Assembly: GCA_012295275.1 (NCBI GenBank)
Contig: CM022672.1
Location: 32,116,001-32,180,000 of the forward strand
Direction: 5' to 3'
Length of the DNA stretch: 64,000 nucleotides
DNA from: Chrysomallon squamiferum
Taxonomy: Eukaryota; Animalia; Mollusca
A program made the translations under genes and the position numbers. This document shows positions 27,531 to 41,929 of the stretch, one piece after another (within the stretch, counting starts at the first letter, position 1; every line of letters begins with the position of its first letter). A model generated the notes under the pieces. The model saw nothing but the letters and a program-made list of their open reading frames with translations. It ran no database searches and was not told the DNA's origin.

Positions 27531-28169
27531 AAAATATATTTATCTCAAGAGACACTTCATATAAGACGAACAATCTTACGATGAATTTTAAGATAAAAAT
27601 ACATTCTTTATTTTACCATACCGTTAGGAGTGAGGTTTACGCCCAGGGTTAGCATTAATTTCAGACTTAGCGTTAGGTTTAAATATCTGAAAAATCTGCA
27701 AGACCTGGAAAGTCATATGATGAGTTTTACAAGTAACAAGTAAAGTTAGCATTTTGATTAGGGTTAGGTCTCGTGTTAGTCTAACTTAGACACAGATTTA
27801 AATGTCAGTTTACCTGAAGAGATTTTCATTCAGTACAGACTGACAGTTTATAGCTTTTTTGTGAAATTAAATGACATTTGAAAGACAAGATAGTTTTAAC
27901 GAACGCTTCGAAACACTCTTTTAAATATTTTATTTTATTTTAAATATATGTTTGATAAATTAGTTTGTAAAATAAAAATAAAAAAGACGAAAATGAGCAG
28001 AAGAAAATACGTGCGTTGTCATATGACTTATTCAGTTGTATCCGGTGAAATAATCTCACTTTCTGTAACTAACATCTTCCCATACACAGGAACACTGCGC
28101 TGTTGTTGCACCATGGCTGGCCTCGTTGCGAAAACACACACACATATTCATCATCAACATATTTTTTTA

Positions 28170-28295
28170 TCGTTTATCAATCGACTTCAATTCGGCCTGA
28201 AGCGCTCAAACTATAATAAAAAACTAGATCACCTCCCCATCCACATTACCCCACCCAGTTCTCAGTGTCCGCTGCCGATCTGGTGCACTTCACCT
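28170..28295 (+). promoter_or_regulatory. CpG-rich ~125-bp element, unit 1 copy (also 38869-38994 and 47824-47951); putative bidirectional promoter core
   Basis: Local CpG enrichment over ~28000-28730. A strong minus-strand donor (cttcag|gtaaac, ~27813) lies on one side and a possible plus-strand donor (aacaa|gtaact, ~28303) on the other. Function is inferred. Confidence 0.45.
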
Positions 28296-29254
28296 GGAAC
28301 AAGTAACTGAGAGAAAGGTTTACAATAATTCAGCGGTCACTCTCCCGAAGATGTCACCATAGCGACTCAGTTAACCAGAAGTATCTTTTGAAGTCTGTCG
28401 TAATAAAGTGAATCACTGTGTCGCTATTTTGTTTACTACTCATGCGATGTTCTTTTCGTGCAATGCTTAATTTTGATAACTAACTTTGAACTTTTGTCGA
28501 AAATTATACTATTTTTCCGATATCATCACTGAATCAGTTCATCAGTTTGATACTAAAATTGGACTAACAGTCATTTACCAGTTAAATATGGCTCAGAAAC
28601 CCAAGAAGATGGTCCAAAACGACCACCAAAATTTCATAGGAAATATAAACATGAGCGGATGATGTTAGTGATCATTAGCATATGTTTTTGATGTTGGTCC
28701 TATCGGGGAGGGGCGTTCAGCCGGTTCTTTGTATTTATATTTATGATGCTATCTTATGAATTAAACTTTTCATTCAAATGGTTACATTTTGCTGGGTTTT
28801 TCTAAGGAAAAAATGTCCTTACATATAATAAAAAAAAAAACTGTGAGAAATTCAAATCAGACTGTTAACTGTACACACACACAGAGACACACACAGACAT
28901 ACGCACACACACACACACACACATGCATTTTCATCATATTTGTCCATCTCTGTGTGTTTTTTCATCCGGTTTAAATTATTTTACGTTTAATTCGAAATAA
29001 TCATTATATATCGTTATTTTATTTTATTCGATTTGGATAAATATTTTTTTTCAGAAATTATTTTAAATAATCTCATATATCGTTATTTGTTTACGATGGA
29101 TAATATTTCAGAAACCGTATCTTTGACTCTGATGCTCTTGCTCCAGGGACGAAATCAATGTAAATAAACGACAAGGGGAAATAACCCTCATGCACAATAA
29201 GCATTATGTCCGAGTATTCAAACCCTTTTGAAAATTTAAATTGTGGTAGGGAAA

Positions 29255-29911
29255 TACAGAGGATCTGTAAAAGATTATGGCTCACAGAACTTTAAGAAGA
29301 AAAAAAAAAGAACAGCTTAAAAGAATTTCAAGACATTTCATCTTTCTTCGGAGACAGACTGAGGCTTAAAGATTTGGACCAACGCGGATCAGCCCGGTTA
29401 GATTTCAATTATTGAATTAAGAAAAAGACAGAACTGAGAACAAAACAACCCATTTTAGTATAAACCATAATAAAAATGGATTTACAAAATGCACAGGCAT
29501 TTGCATCTCAAAACACAATTTAATGTGTTTTTTTAAGGCGTTTCTATAAGTTGTTGTTGGAAACATTAACCTTCGTTTTGCAGACAGTTTAAGGGCAGTA
29601 GGGGTTTTACTAGGGGTATTACTGTAAGTCGTCATTGACAACATTCATATTTATTTTATAGAACTAAATGTTTTGATATAAATCAATAGGTGTGGTATAG
29701 TCCATAATAAAGAGTAGATTATTATTTACTAACTGAAGTGATTACAAAAGAAATAATTGTTGCATATTAGTTTGACATTGATATTGCAGTATCCAAATCT
29801 GTCTGGTTTTCAGGTATGTTGAAAGTGATAGACATCTACTGCACATTAAACCTGTTGTAGATGAAGTATCTCACAAGGCACGTTTTGACAAGGGATATGT
29901 GTATTATTATA

Positions 29912-29977
<66 letters not shown>

Positions 29978-31720
29978 TTATTTTCTAATTTATTTTAGGT
30001 TAGAATATTGAAATTGTTTGACACATTAATTTGTATAGCTAACGTTCTTTCAATTTATGTACTTACATGTGTCAGTAATTAATTAAACTTTGTGTGTATA
30101 TGTTCTCACTAATTTTTGTTTTATTTTTTACAATAAGTTGTAGCAATTCTGATGTTTTTTCATTTTATTTTTTGCAGTGCATGAAAAGTGGAAAATATCA
30201 ATCATTTCTTGAAATGCCTTTTCCAGACCTGAACTATTGGATTGTATGACACACGTCAGGTATTTATATTTAACATTTGATTTTTATTATTATTATTATT
30301 ATTATTATATTTATTATATTTGTTTCTTTTATGTCAGATCAGTGTTCATATACTTTGTTGCAATGGAAGATATGTTTTGTTTTTGTGTTGTATTTTTAAC
30401 AATACTGTAACAAAACATTTCAGACTGATATGTCAGATGAAGATGAGCCTTGTGAGGAGGACCAAGCATATGAGGACAGTGTTTGTGATTTAGTTACATC
30501 ACAAGATGACAGCTCTGATGATCATAGTAATAAATTCTCCTTACGGGGAAAGTGAAGAAGACAATTTGAAGTAAGATGTATTGATATTTTTTACCAATCA
30601 TTCACACACACATGTTATTACATTCGGTCAAAAGCTACTACAAACTCTTTATTACTTTTACAAGTCATATATAATTTGAAAGGTATGTGTTTCACACACA
30701 TTTCTGCTGTCAGGTCTTTTACTGAGATAGACATTTGTCTGTCAACAGAAACCAGTAATGAAAGATGTGTTTCTTCAAAAAGGGTAATGAAATTATTAAG
30801 AGAAAATCCTTGTTACCTTGATTCATTGATTGTTATAAATTTTGAGTTATTTCCCTTTCTTTAGGTTTGTTTATGTTTCTTACAGTTATACCAGAGTTAA
30901 TAAGCAAAACATCGTGGTAAATGTTTCACATATCAGCTAGTTAAGTCCTGTAATGTCACTCTACTTGTGCTATAGTGTTGCTTTTTATGAAATCATCATC
31001 ACACTGAATAAATAAGTAATTTTTCTGTGTTTTATAAAGACATGCAAAATAATATAGTTCATATTAACAACACAAAACTGATCAAGAATTCATTCAAAGT
31101 TAAAGTGGACACAATTTTTTTATATATTTTACATTTTTACAAGTTAAAGTCTGATTGTGTTTTGTTTTCCTTTATTTACTTTTTATTTATTTATTAATTT
31201 ATTTATTTATTTATTTTTATATTTTTGTATTTTATTTTTTGCCTGCAAATCAAAATTAATAATAAATTATAACAGTAATAATTTATAGTTTAGAAGTATA
31301 TTAGTCTTGCTTTTACTCTCTACCTTTTGTTTTTAGTCTAAGGTTTGTGTATTTTATTCTAAAGATTGTTTCCATTTAATGTTAAAATAAACATAATTAG
31401 ACGAATGTGTGATTAAGTCGTAATTGGTGTACACTTTGTGAAAAGTACAGGTTTAGGTTACACTTTGTTTTGTTTTTTTAAATTTAATAGTTAATCATTA
31501 TAACGATAATTTATTTAGCCATTCTTTTACTTTTTCTGTTGCAAAAATTCATCCTAAAAATAGTTTACAACAAGCTTTAATAACATTTAATATTTCAGTC
31601 AAATAACAAAACTTAAGCCACTAATACCATGGAGTAATGTTAAAAGATTTATTATGTTTCTAGTAATTCAAAAGAAAACATTTCTTGTCAGAGTAACATC
31701 ACATTTTATTAGTTCATTCT

Positions 31721-31751
<31 letters not shown>

Positions 31752-32282
31752 CCTGTGTGTGTTTCTGTTTTTCTATCTCATTTTATTCTTTTATAATCCA
31801 TCCATTTGTTTCTTATCGTCTAACTCTATACATAAATATAGACTGACACAGATATCTTATGAAAAACATTTACGTTCATCTTTCTCAGTGGCATTTTACT
31901 GTGTGTAGCAGTTTAACAATTGTTTTTCTTTTCTTACAGTTTCTCATTTCCTAGTAGAAAGTATTTAATGTGAAATCATAATTTATTTTCAGTTTGATGG
32001 AATTAGATTTGGGAATAAATACTAAACTTATGCAAGGTAAGTGTTATTTTGATGTGCATATAATAAATACAGATTGAAATCTTCATTATTTGACTTTAAA
32101 GATACTCAAACAAAACTGTGTTGTCCATTGTAACATTATATTTGCACACAGCAGCTTTCAGTACAGATAATGAAAAGTTTCAGCTCCATTAAAACTGACT
32201 GAAATAAATGTGATTCATTGTTAGGGATATTATTTTTCATTTTATTTTATTTTATTTTATTTTATTTTATTTTATTTTTTTA

Positions 32283-32344
<62 letters not shown>

Positions 32345-35090
32345 GTCATAACTCCTTCTTCTGTACAAATGTGCTTCTTGTTGTGTTGCAGAGTGTTAAT
32401 CATGAAGGTGGAGCAATGAAAAATTCAAAAGAGAAAAAGAAAAACAGTTAGAAATTTAAGTTGGACTATAGAAAAATTGAAAACAACTTGGTGACTGGTG
32501 GATGAGAAAGTAGGTATCAGCAGCGTACATTTTCTAAACCCTCATCTCCCAAATGTAACAGTTTTTTTTTTTTTAATTACTTCTTCCAAAATGATAAATT
32601 CACAAAATCTGGAATAATCATCCCCAGTATTGTTTGATGTAGTGCATTTATCATAAGCATTCTGTTTTCTGAACAGAAACTCACAGTGCGTTTCTGAAAC
32701 TAACTTTCTCAACCTCCAAAAAGACTGACAATATGCATCACACAGCTGATTTTAACACTTGATAATTTCTAACCTGAACATTATCCCGTGAATTATATAC
32801 TAGAACAGCCTTTCCTGTCAATTTACTCTGAACTAATAAGTGTCCAAACTGTTTTGACCATTTAGATTGAAATGACACTCTTTTGAGAAAGAAAATTTCA
32901 ACATCATTCTCATCAAAATTAAGAACTGACCTGTAACAATTATTGATTCTAAAATCATTCAATCCATTCTCACTTGAATTCTCTCTAAACTGTCCTGTCA
33001 TTTTAAGTTCATGTTCCATTTTCAATTTAATTATCTGAAATTCTCTTTCATTGTCCCTCTCTTTATATCTCCTTTTCTTGTCTTTCATACCCTGTCTTCT
33101 CTCTCTCTTTCATTTCTTTCATAGTCTCCTTTCTCTCTATCATTTTCATGTTCTGCTTTCTTAAGCTTTAATTTTTGTTTGAAGGTTTATATCTTTTAAT
33201 AGTAGTGATTCTGCCATACTCTGAGTTACACCTATGTCATTACTGCCCCCACTCTCATTATCTAAAGAATTTCCAAATAAAGCCTCTGTTAATACTTTGC
33301 TGATTTCCTCTCTCTTGTCTGGGACTTGAAATATTATGAATATTTGCCAATAATGTTAGCTCAGCCCTTTTGGCTCTTTTTATAGAAGTTACACCAAGAC
33401 TGTGCACTATGTCTTCATCCATAATTATTTGTGTTTTGATTTTATAATTTTATAATTTTCTTTATTGTTATTATTTTATTTTGTTGTGTTTTCTCTAGTA
33501 GATATAAACATGAATTAGTTCTCATTAAATTGGGGAAATGCTCGATATATCCAAAGAAATAATTCCATAATAATTTGAAAAAACGAACTCTTACATTAAT
33601 TATTTTTAAAATCCTGGATGAGAGCCACAACATTTACAATCCTGTCACAGAGCTCACACCATAAAACATCTTGGATATTTTATTAAGGCTCAGTCTAGGG
33701 TAACAAGGTGCTTTAATGGCCACCTAACAAGGAATTTAAAAACGAAACTGACAGCAGTCTATATAAATCAATAATTCTGTCTATCCACTAGAGAAATACA
33801 CAGAACACAAGTTATGGTACAAGTTATAAATGTGGCTTGATAATACATTATAGTTGATAAAACAATTTAAATAACTTTTTCCAATGATAATAAATGAGAT
33901 CATACAGCGAACAAAGGTATAATAGGAATATAATAGCTTTATTAAATGTTTTTGACACAGGTTAATTACACATTACACCCTATCGAAATAAGAACAGAGA
34001 ATGGCTTACTATACTGGTCCATAAAGGCAATGTCATTCAAAACATGGGTTGCGTGCCTGACTGAACCATTTGGTTTTTGTGTTGGGTTTTTCCTTTTCTC
34101 TTTGAATAACAAGTGCCAGGTGTTTAGAACAACCCAAAGCAGTTGAGAAATTAACAGCAAAAATAAAAAATGTAGACATCACAGAAAACTAAATTTGTTA
34201 TGCAATCTGAATTCCAGATGATCAGGCACCCTACCAGTGGATGATAAGGCTCCTCACCTCCAGCAGAGAATGACCAGACTCACCATCCCCATCACTAGAC
34301 AACCAGACTCCTACAAACCTACCAGTGGAAGACTGCTGACTTGTATGTGTTCATTCTGTCTTACCATAATTCTATGTAGTCTTCAAAATCGCTGTCCTCT
34401 AACAGATCAGCTGAGTGAATAATATAAGATTTCTCAGTGTTCTTATTTCAAACTGTTGAGGTTTAAAAAAGCACAGTATTCTATTTCTGATCTCTAGCAT
34501 TATCCACAGTTATAATTTATATTCACTTTCTGCTGACTGTAACTTGTAATTTGTCTATTCAGGCTTTGTATTTGAGTAACAATGACTGTTTTGACTTCCA
34601 GAGGAAAATTGAACTGTGGCAACGTTTTCCTGTAATTTAAATATTTAAAATTGTTTGACTAATATTTAGTAAGTAATAAACTGATGTGATTGTGCTGCCA
34701 TGTACATACGTGTAGCTGATATAACTGAATGTGCTTTGTATAACATTTTCTTTGTTCATTTCATGTGTGGCTTAAGACATAGCAATGTGACAAACATTTC
34801 ATTTTTGTCAAGCTTGTCCTCGTAGTTCTATGTGAAGTGAAATTTACTTATTTTCAAACATCTCATTTGGAAATAATATTAATCTTTTTTTTTTATTTTT
34901 TTTTTTCAGGTTGAACATGAGACCTCTAGAAGGAAAGGTGCCTCTAAGCTCTCTCTGTAACTTGCAAGAGTTTTTCTATTTTGTGAAAAAGGTGACATCT
35001 TCCAGAACTACACTTCAGTAGACATGAATATTATTATTTTGATATTTAATTGATTTCTATTTTTTATTACTTGAATAAATACTGTTTCTC
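29255..35090 (+). ncRNA. Putative lncRNA-like gene, copy 2
   Basis: Same exon series as copy 1; AATAAA at 35074-35079. Confidence 0.55.
32490..33635 (-). mobile_element. Gypsy gag remnant plus PBS, copy 2
   Basis: ORF 32738-33088 (coiled-coil then FDENDVEIFF..LLVQSKLTGKA..YQVLKSAV); PBS-like sequence at ~33610-33630. Confidence 0.85.
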
Positions 35091-35417
35091 TTTCAGTTCC
35101 TGGGTTTTTTGTTTCTAATTTTTTTACGCGATAGTCTGCAACTTGTAAGATTTATCTACTTCTTTTTTTTTTTTGAATATTTCTCTTCTTATTCATTGCT
35201 TAATGATAACTTTTAGTATTGTCATCATTTGTATTAAGTTAGGATTGTCTCTCATAAAATGCACACAGTGTCTTTCTTCCTTACATTCTTTAATTCATCA
35301 TGATAGTATAATATTATAGACAACTGATAATATAATGTACAGAATTGACTCAAACATCTTTCTCTCTTGCCAGATATTCTGTCTTCTGTGCTGACCTACC
35401 TTTCACCCCAGTCACAC

Positions 35418-35630
35418 TGACAACATCCCACACACCTGAACAATACTGACAGACCACTACTGTTTTGTTTTTGTTAAGACAGTCTCAGTGACAACATCCC
35501 ACACACCTGAACAATACTGACAGACCACTACTGTCTTGTTTTTGTTAAGACAGTCTCAGTGACAACATCCCACACACCTGAACAATACTGACAGACCACT
35601 ACTGTCTTGTTTTTGTTAAGACAGTCTCAG
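35418..35630. repeat. 71-bp tandem repeat, 3 copies (single copy at ~44490 in unit 3, absent from unit 1)
   Basis: tgacaacatcccacacacctgaacaatactgacagaccactactg.. starts at ~35418, 35489 and 35560. Confidence 0.95.
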
Positions 35631-36058
35631 TGGCAGTGTTTGTAGATGTCCCAAGTGTCTTCCAGCACCCAAGTACTTGAATTCTAAACAAACAGAAATA
35701 TATTTTACATATTTTTAGTGAAACCAAAGATTACAATAGATGCTTTATTTGAATCCCTCACATGTACTTAATACAAAACATTCCCTATAACCATTATTTG
35801 TCATATTACTTCTAGATATTTGTTCAGTTTTCCTTCTGACTATAGTTAAATGTTTTGCATGAACTTTTGTTACATTGTTACCTTCATGATTATTTTTCAG
35901 AGAGGAGGAAAAGTGTCTGCTGTTTACTGCAAATACTTTTATAATAAGTAATAGTTAAATATGGATCTTCTGTTTTCATTTCACTGACATTGTCTAGTGC
36001 CAGGAAACAAGCTAAAAATAGTCAGTAAAAATATTGTTAATATTAATTAAATGTTATT

Positions 36059-36114
<56 letters not shown>

Positions 36115-36585
36115 TGCATTTGATAAATACTTCCTAGCATTGTATATTAAAAAAGAAAAAGAAAGAAAACAAAAACAAAAATGTCTAACACCTTTAAGTA
36201 GGTAACTAGTAGTTGTAAAGTACAAATAATGGCTAGACTACTTTAAAATCTAATATAACAAAATGTAATTTTTCTGATGCTAGGTGACTCTAAATATCAT
36301 AATACATAATATTAATTTAAATAATCAGTGCGGCCCTTAAAGCAAATAGCAAACAGCAGAGCAGCCCCACATCAGCTAAACCTCAGTCAAGTATCATGTG
36401 AGAACAGAGTGAGCTGCCCTTGAAACTGCAAGCAAACATGACAGAAGCCTGATGCTGCAGCTGATGATAGTTTGACAATAATTGTTAGCTGAGTTTTCTT
36501 GCAGATTTATAGACTTTGTGGTTGTTTGATTTGTGATTGTTTATTTATTTGTTGTTTTTTCTTCTTTTGTTCTTTTTTTTGAGAA

Positions 36586-36642
<57 letters not shown>

Positions 36643-39600
36643 GGTTATGCATTTATTTATTGAATTAGAATTTTTCTTATTCTTAATTATTCCATTTGTT
36701 TCTTATTTTTTCTATTTCTTACTCATTTTTATTTTAAGATTTCAATTTTTGTTTATGATTATTATTTTGATGTGTGTGTGTTTCAGTTTAGTGAAATCTC
36801 TTCTGAACAGTTAGGATTATCTAGTTCTGTCTCTAATTAAGCAATAATTAAAAACTAAACTATCTGAGTTGTGTTTTAAAATTTGATTATTTCAGATGAA
36901 TACAATAATGATTTTGTGCGTTGAAATAATTCTTACAGTAGTAAGCCTTAAAGAAACATCTGAAAGTGTTATTTTTCTCTTCTTTCTGTACATATGTATT
37001 CACAAACAGACACACGTTTAACAGAATGGAAAAGTGATCTTTTTACCACATAGTTTTCAACTTTCTGTTCATATAAATGTTTTTGATATTTTATACAATT
37101 TTTGTTTCATTTAAAACTTCAAAAGATGTAAAAGTTTAAAAATGAATGGAAAGCAGATAACAAAACAATGGACAAAGAAGTCATTTTTACATGTAATTTC
37201 ATCATGTAGCTTTTTCTTAATTATTTACTGATATCATAATTTGGTTATTAATACTTGTCACTGTTTATGGTGTTATTCAGAATAAATCAACACGGAGATA
37301 CAAAGTTAAAGTTCAGAAAACAGTTCATGTGATAATGAAATGAAACAACTGGAGTCTGTACTTGTTTTACTTGCTACCTCTTGTTGACAGAATCATTATA
37401 CTGGAATTATTGAAATGAGTAAACATGAAATTATTGTCTGATCTGACTTGAGAACACATTTTTATACAAACAAAGGCCCATAATTCTGATTATAGCTTAT
37501 AACTGTTTTGACTAAAAATTGTTTTAACCTTAATTAATGGAAACTTCAGTTACTGGCAGAAATTAAATCCAGTTTTAAAATTTCATTTTATACTGACTTT
37601 AAATAGGTGTTAATGACAACTTCACTGTCTGACAGAAACAGGTCCAGTGTTAAAATCTCTTTGCTTTTAAAACTCAACACTGATAATTACTTACAAAAAT
37701 AAATCCAGTTATTCTGTACTGTCAAAGGACTAGCATGATTTTATTTCAAAGTGCAAAGAATGAATTTGTATTTGGGTTTCATATATTGCTATGAAACACT
37801 GCCAACTTCTTCACTGCTTATGCAAAACATTAAATAGGATTATGAGTTAGTGTAGGTGTTAAGTTTAGTATTAGGTGTTTGTGTAGGTGTTAAGTTTAGT
37901 ATTGTGGATTAGTGAAGGTGTAATGTTCAGTATTAGGTGTTAGTGTATTTGTAAGTTTAGTCTCTAGGTTTGTGTAGGTGTTAAGTTTAGTATTAGAGAT
38001 TAATGTAGGTGTTAAGCTAATTATTAGGGTTAGTGTTGGTAGTAAGTTTAGGATTAGGGGTTAGTGTAGGTGTTAAGTTTATTATTAAGGTTAGTGTTGG
38101 TGTTAGGTTTAGTATTAGGGTTAGTGTTGGTGTTAAGTGTAGTATTACTGTATACAACTTATGGACAGGGTTAGGATAAATTTAAATTTAGTGTTAGAGA
38201 TAGGGTTAGGACTAATTCTAGTTCAGATTAAAATATATATTTATCTCAAGAGACACTTCATATAAGACTTGAACAATCTTATGATGAGTTTTAAGATAAA
38301 AATACATTCTTTAATTTGCCATACTTTTACGAGTGAGGTTTACGCCTAGGATTAGGATTAACTTCAGAGTTAGCGTTAGGTTTAAATATCTGAAAAATCT
38401 GCAAGACCTGGAAAGTCATATTATGAATTTCACAAGTAAGGTTAGCATTTTGATTAGGGTTAGGTCTCGGCTTAGTCTAACTTAGACACAGATTTAAATG
38501 TCAGTTTACCTGAAGAGATTTTCATTCAGTACAGACTGACAGTTTATAGATTTTTGGTGAAACTAAATGAGTTTTGAAAGAGAACATAGTTTTAACGAAA
38601 GCTTCGAAACATTCTTTTAAATGTTTTATTTTATATATGAATATATGTTTGATAAATCCGTTTGTAAAATAAAATAAAACAGACGAAAAGGAGAAGAAGA
38701 AGAAAATACGTACGTTGTCATATGACATGCTCGGTTGTATCCGGTGAAATAATCTCACTTTCTGTAACTAACATCTTCCCATACATAGGAACACTGCGCT
38801 GTTGTTTCACCATGGCTGGCCTCGTTGCGAAAACACACGCACATATTCATCATCAACATATTTCTTTATCGTTTATCGATCGACTTCAATTCGGCCTGCA
38901 GCGCTCAAACTATAATAAAAAACTAGATCACCTCCCCATCCACATTACCCCACCCAGCTCTCAGTGTCCGCTGCCGATCTGGTGCACTTCACCTGGAACA
39001 AGTAACTGAGAGAAAGGTTTACAATAATTGAGGGATCACGTTCCCGAAGATGTCACCATAACGACTCAGTCAACCAGAAGTGTCGTTTGAAGTCTGTCGT
39101 AATAAAGAGAATCACTGTGTCGTTATTTTGTTTACTACTCATGCGATGTTCGTTTCGTGCTGTGCTTAATTTTGATCACTAAATTTGAACTTTTGTCTAA
39201 AGTTATACTATTTTTTCCGATATCATCACTGAATCAGTTCATCAGTGTGATACTAAACTTGGACGAACATTAATTTACCAATTAAATAGGGCTCGGAAAC
39301 CCAAGAAGATGATCCAAAACGACCACCAACATTTCATAGGAATTATAAACATGAGCGGATGATGTTAGTGATCATTAGCATATGTTTTTGATGTTGGGAT
39401 TTATGTACTTACATGTGCCAGTAATTAATTAAACTTTATGGGTATATGTTCTCATTAATTTTTTTTATTGCTTTTAAGTTGTAGCAATTCTGAGATGTTT
39501 TTTTATTTTATTTTTTGCAGTGCATGAAAAGTGGAAAATATCAATCATTTCTTGAAATCCATTTTCCAGATCTGGTCTATTGGATTGTATGACACACTTC

Positions 39601-39774
39601 AGGTATTTATATTTAACATTTTATTTATTTATTATTATTATTATTATATTTGTTTCTTTTATGTAAGATCAGTGTTCATATACTTTGCTGTGATGGAAGA
39701 TATGTTTTGTCAGATCCTGTTTTGTTTTTGTTTTGTATTTTTAACAATACTGTAACAAAACATTTCAGACTGAT

Positions 39775-39975
39775 ATGTCAGATGAAGATGAGCCTTGTGA
39801 GGATGACCAAGTATATGAGGACAGTGTTTGTGATGTAGTTACATCACAAGATGACAGCTCTGATGATCATAGTAATAATTTCTCATTATACAAGGACAGT
39901 GTTTGTGATTTAGTTACATCACAAGATGATAGCTCTGATGATCATAGTAATAATTTCTCCTTACGGGGAAAGTGA
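39775..39975 (+). CDS. Candidate acidic micropeptide (66 aa, two copies of a 25-aa repeat); paralogues at 30430-30555 (41 aa) and from 20515
   Basis: MSDEDEPCEDDQV-(Y.DSVCD.VTSQDDSSDDHSNNFSL)x2-RGK*. The ATG lies just after a conserved acceptor in all three units. No known homologue recognised; translation unproven. Confidence 0.25.
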   Translation: MSDEDEPCEDDQVYEDSVCDVVTSQDDSSDDHSNNFSLYKDSVCDLVTSQDDSSDDHSNNFSLRGK

Positions 39976-40614
39976 AGAAGACAAAATTTCAAGTAAGATG
40001 TAACGATATTTTTTCCCAATCATTCACACACACGTTATTACATTCAGTCAAAAGCTACTACAAACTCTTTATTACTTTTACAAGTCATATATAATTTGAA
40101 AAGTATGAGTTTCACACACATTTCTGCTGTCAGGTCTTTTACTGAGATAAACATTTGTCTGTCAACAGAAACCAGTAATGAAAGATGTGTTTCTTCAAAA
40201 AGGGTAATGAAACTATTAAGAGAAAATCCTTGTTACCTTGATTCATTGATTGTTATCAATTGTGAGTTATTTCCCTTCCTTTATGTTTTTTATCTTTCTT
40301 ACAGTTAAACCAGAGTTAATAACCAAAACGTGGTAAATGTTTCACATATCAGATAGTTAAGTTATATGATGTCACTCTACTTGTGCTGTAGTGTTGCCTT
40401 TTATGTAATTATCATCACACTGAATAAATAAGTAATTTTTCTGTGTTTTATGAAGACATGCAAAATAATATAGTTCATATTTACAACACAAAACTGATCA
40501 AGAATTCATTCATAGTTAAAGTGGACACAATTTTTATATATATTTTACATTTTTACAAGTTAAAGTCTGATTGTGTTTTGTTTTCCTTTATTTACTTTTT
40601 ATTTATTTATTAAT

Positions 40615-40681
<67 letters not shown>

Positions 40682-41929
40682 TTTTTTTATTTTTATATTT
40701 TTATATTTTATTTTTTGCCTGCAAATCAAAATTAATAATAAATTATAACAGTAATAATTTATAGTTTAGAAGTATATTAGTCTTGCTTTTACTCTCTACG
40801 TTTTGTTTTTAGTCTAAGGTTTGTGTATTTTATTCTAAAGATTGTTTCCATCTAATGTTAAAATAAATATAATTAGATGAATGTGTGATTAAGTCATAAT
40901 TGGTGTACACTTTGTGAAAAGTACAGGTTTAGGTTACACTTTGTTCTGTTTTTTTAAATTTAATAGTTAATCATTATAATGATAATTTATTTAGCCATTC
41001 TTTTACTTTTTCTGTTGCAAAAATTCATCCTAAAAATAGTTTACAACAAGCTTTAATAAAATTTAATATTTCAGTCAAATAACAAAACTTAAGCCACTAA
41101 TACCATGGAGTAATGTTAAAAGATTTATTATGTTTCTAGTAATTCAAAAGAAAATATTTTTTTGTCAGAGTAACATCACCTTTTATTAGTTCATTCTCAC
41201 AATATATATATGTATATATATATATATTTATATTTATACGTGTGTGTGTTTGTGTTTTTCTATCTCATTTTATTCTTTTATCATCCATCCATTTGTTTCT
41301 CATCATCTCACTGTATACATAAGTTTAGACTGACACAGATATCTTATGAAAAACATTCACATTCATCTTTCTCAGTAGCATTTTACTGTGTGTAGCAGTT
41401 TAACAATTGTCTTTTGTGATTCTTACAGTTTCTCATTTCCTAGTAAAAAGCATTTCATGTGAAATCATCATTTCTTTTCAGTTTGGTGGTATTAGATTTG
41501 GGAATAAATACTAAACTTATGCAAGGTAAGTGTTGTTTTTTTATGTGCATATAATAAATACAGATTGAAATCTTCCTTATTTGACTTTAAAGATACTGAA
41601 ACAAAACTGTGGTGTTCATTGTAACATTATATTTGCACACAGCAGCTTTGATTACAGATAATGAAAAGTTTCAGCTCCATTAAAACTGAATGAAATAAAT
41701 GTGATTCATTGTTAGGGATATTATTCATTTTATTTTATTTTATTTTATTTATTATTATTCTTATTATGATTATTATTATTATTATTATTTTAACTCCTTC
41801 TGTACAAATGTGCTTCTTGTTGTGTTGCAGAGTATTAATCATGAAGGTGGAGCAATGAAAAATTCAAAAGAGAAAAAGAAAAACAGTTAGAAATTTAAGT
41901 TGGACTATAGAAAAATTAAAAACAACTTG

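Larger units (their letters stand above)
18765..28732 (+). repeat. Segmental tandem repeat unit 1 (~9.97 kb)
   Basis: Begins atttatatttatgatgctatcttatga (again at 28733) and ends tcagccggttctttgt (again ending at 48388). The same ORFs recur in the ORF track (MDDKAPHLQQR at 24296, 34237, 43306). Confidence 0.97.
28733..39398 (+). repeat. Segmental tandem repeat unit 2 (~10.67 kb)
   Basis: Colinear with unit 1, with extra blocks at ~33695-34055 and ~35310-35815; lacks the last ~35 bp of the unit. Confidence 0.97.

Noticed and set aside
27948-28310. 120-aa ORF recurring in the tandem units
   Set aside because: Recurrence reflects the duplication; it is truncated by a frameshift in unit 3, starts differ, and no domain is recognisable.
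37845-38215. True telomere or telomere fusion site
   Set aside because: Few perfect TTAGGG units, no inverted array, and it is organised as a 30-bp higher-order repeat.
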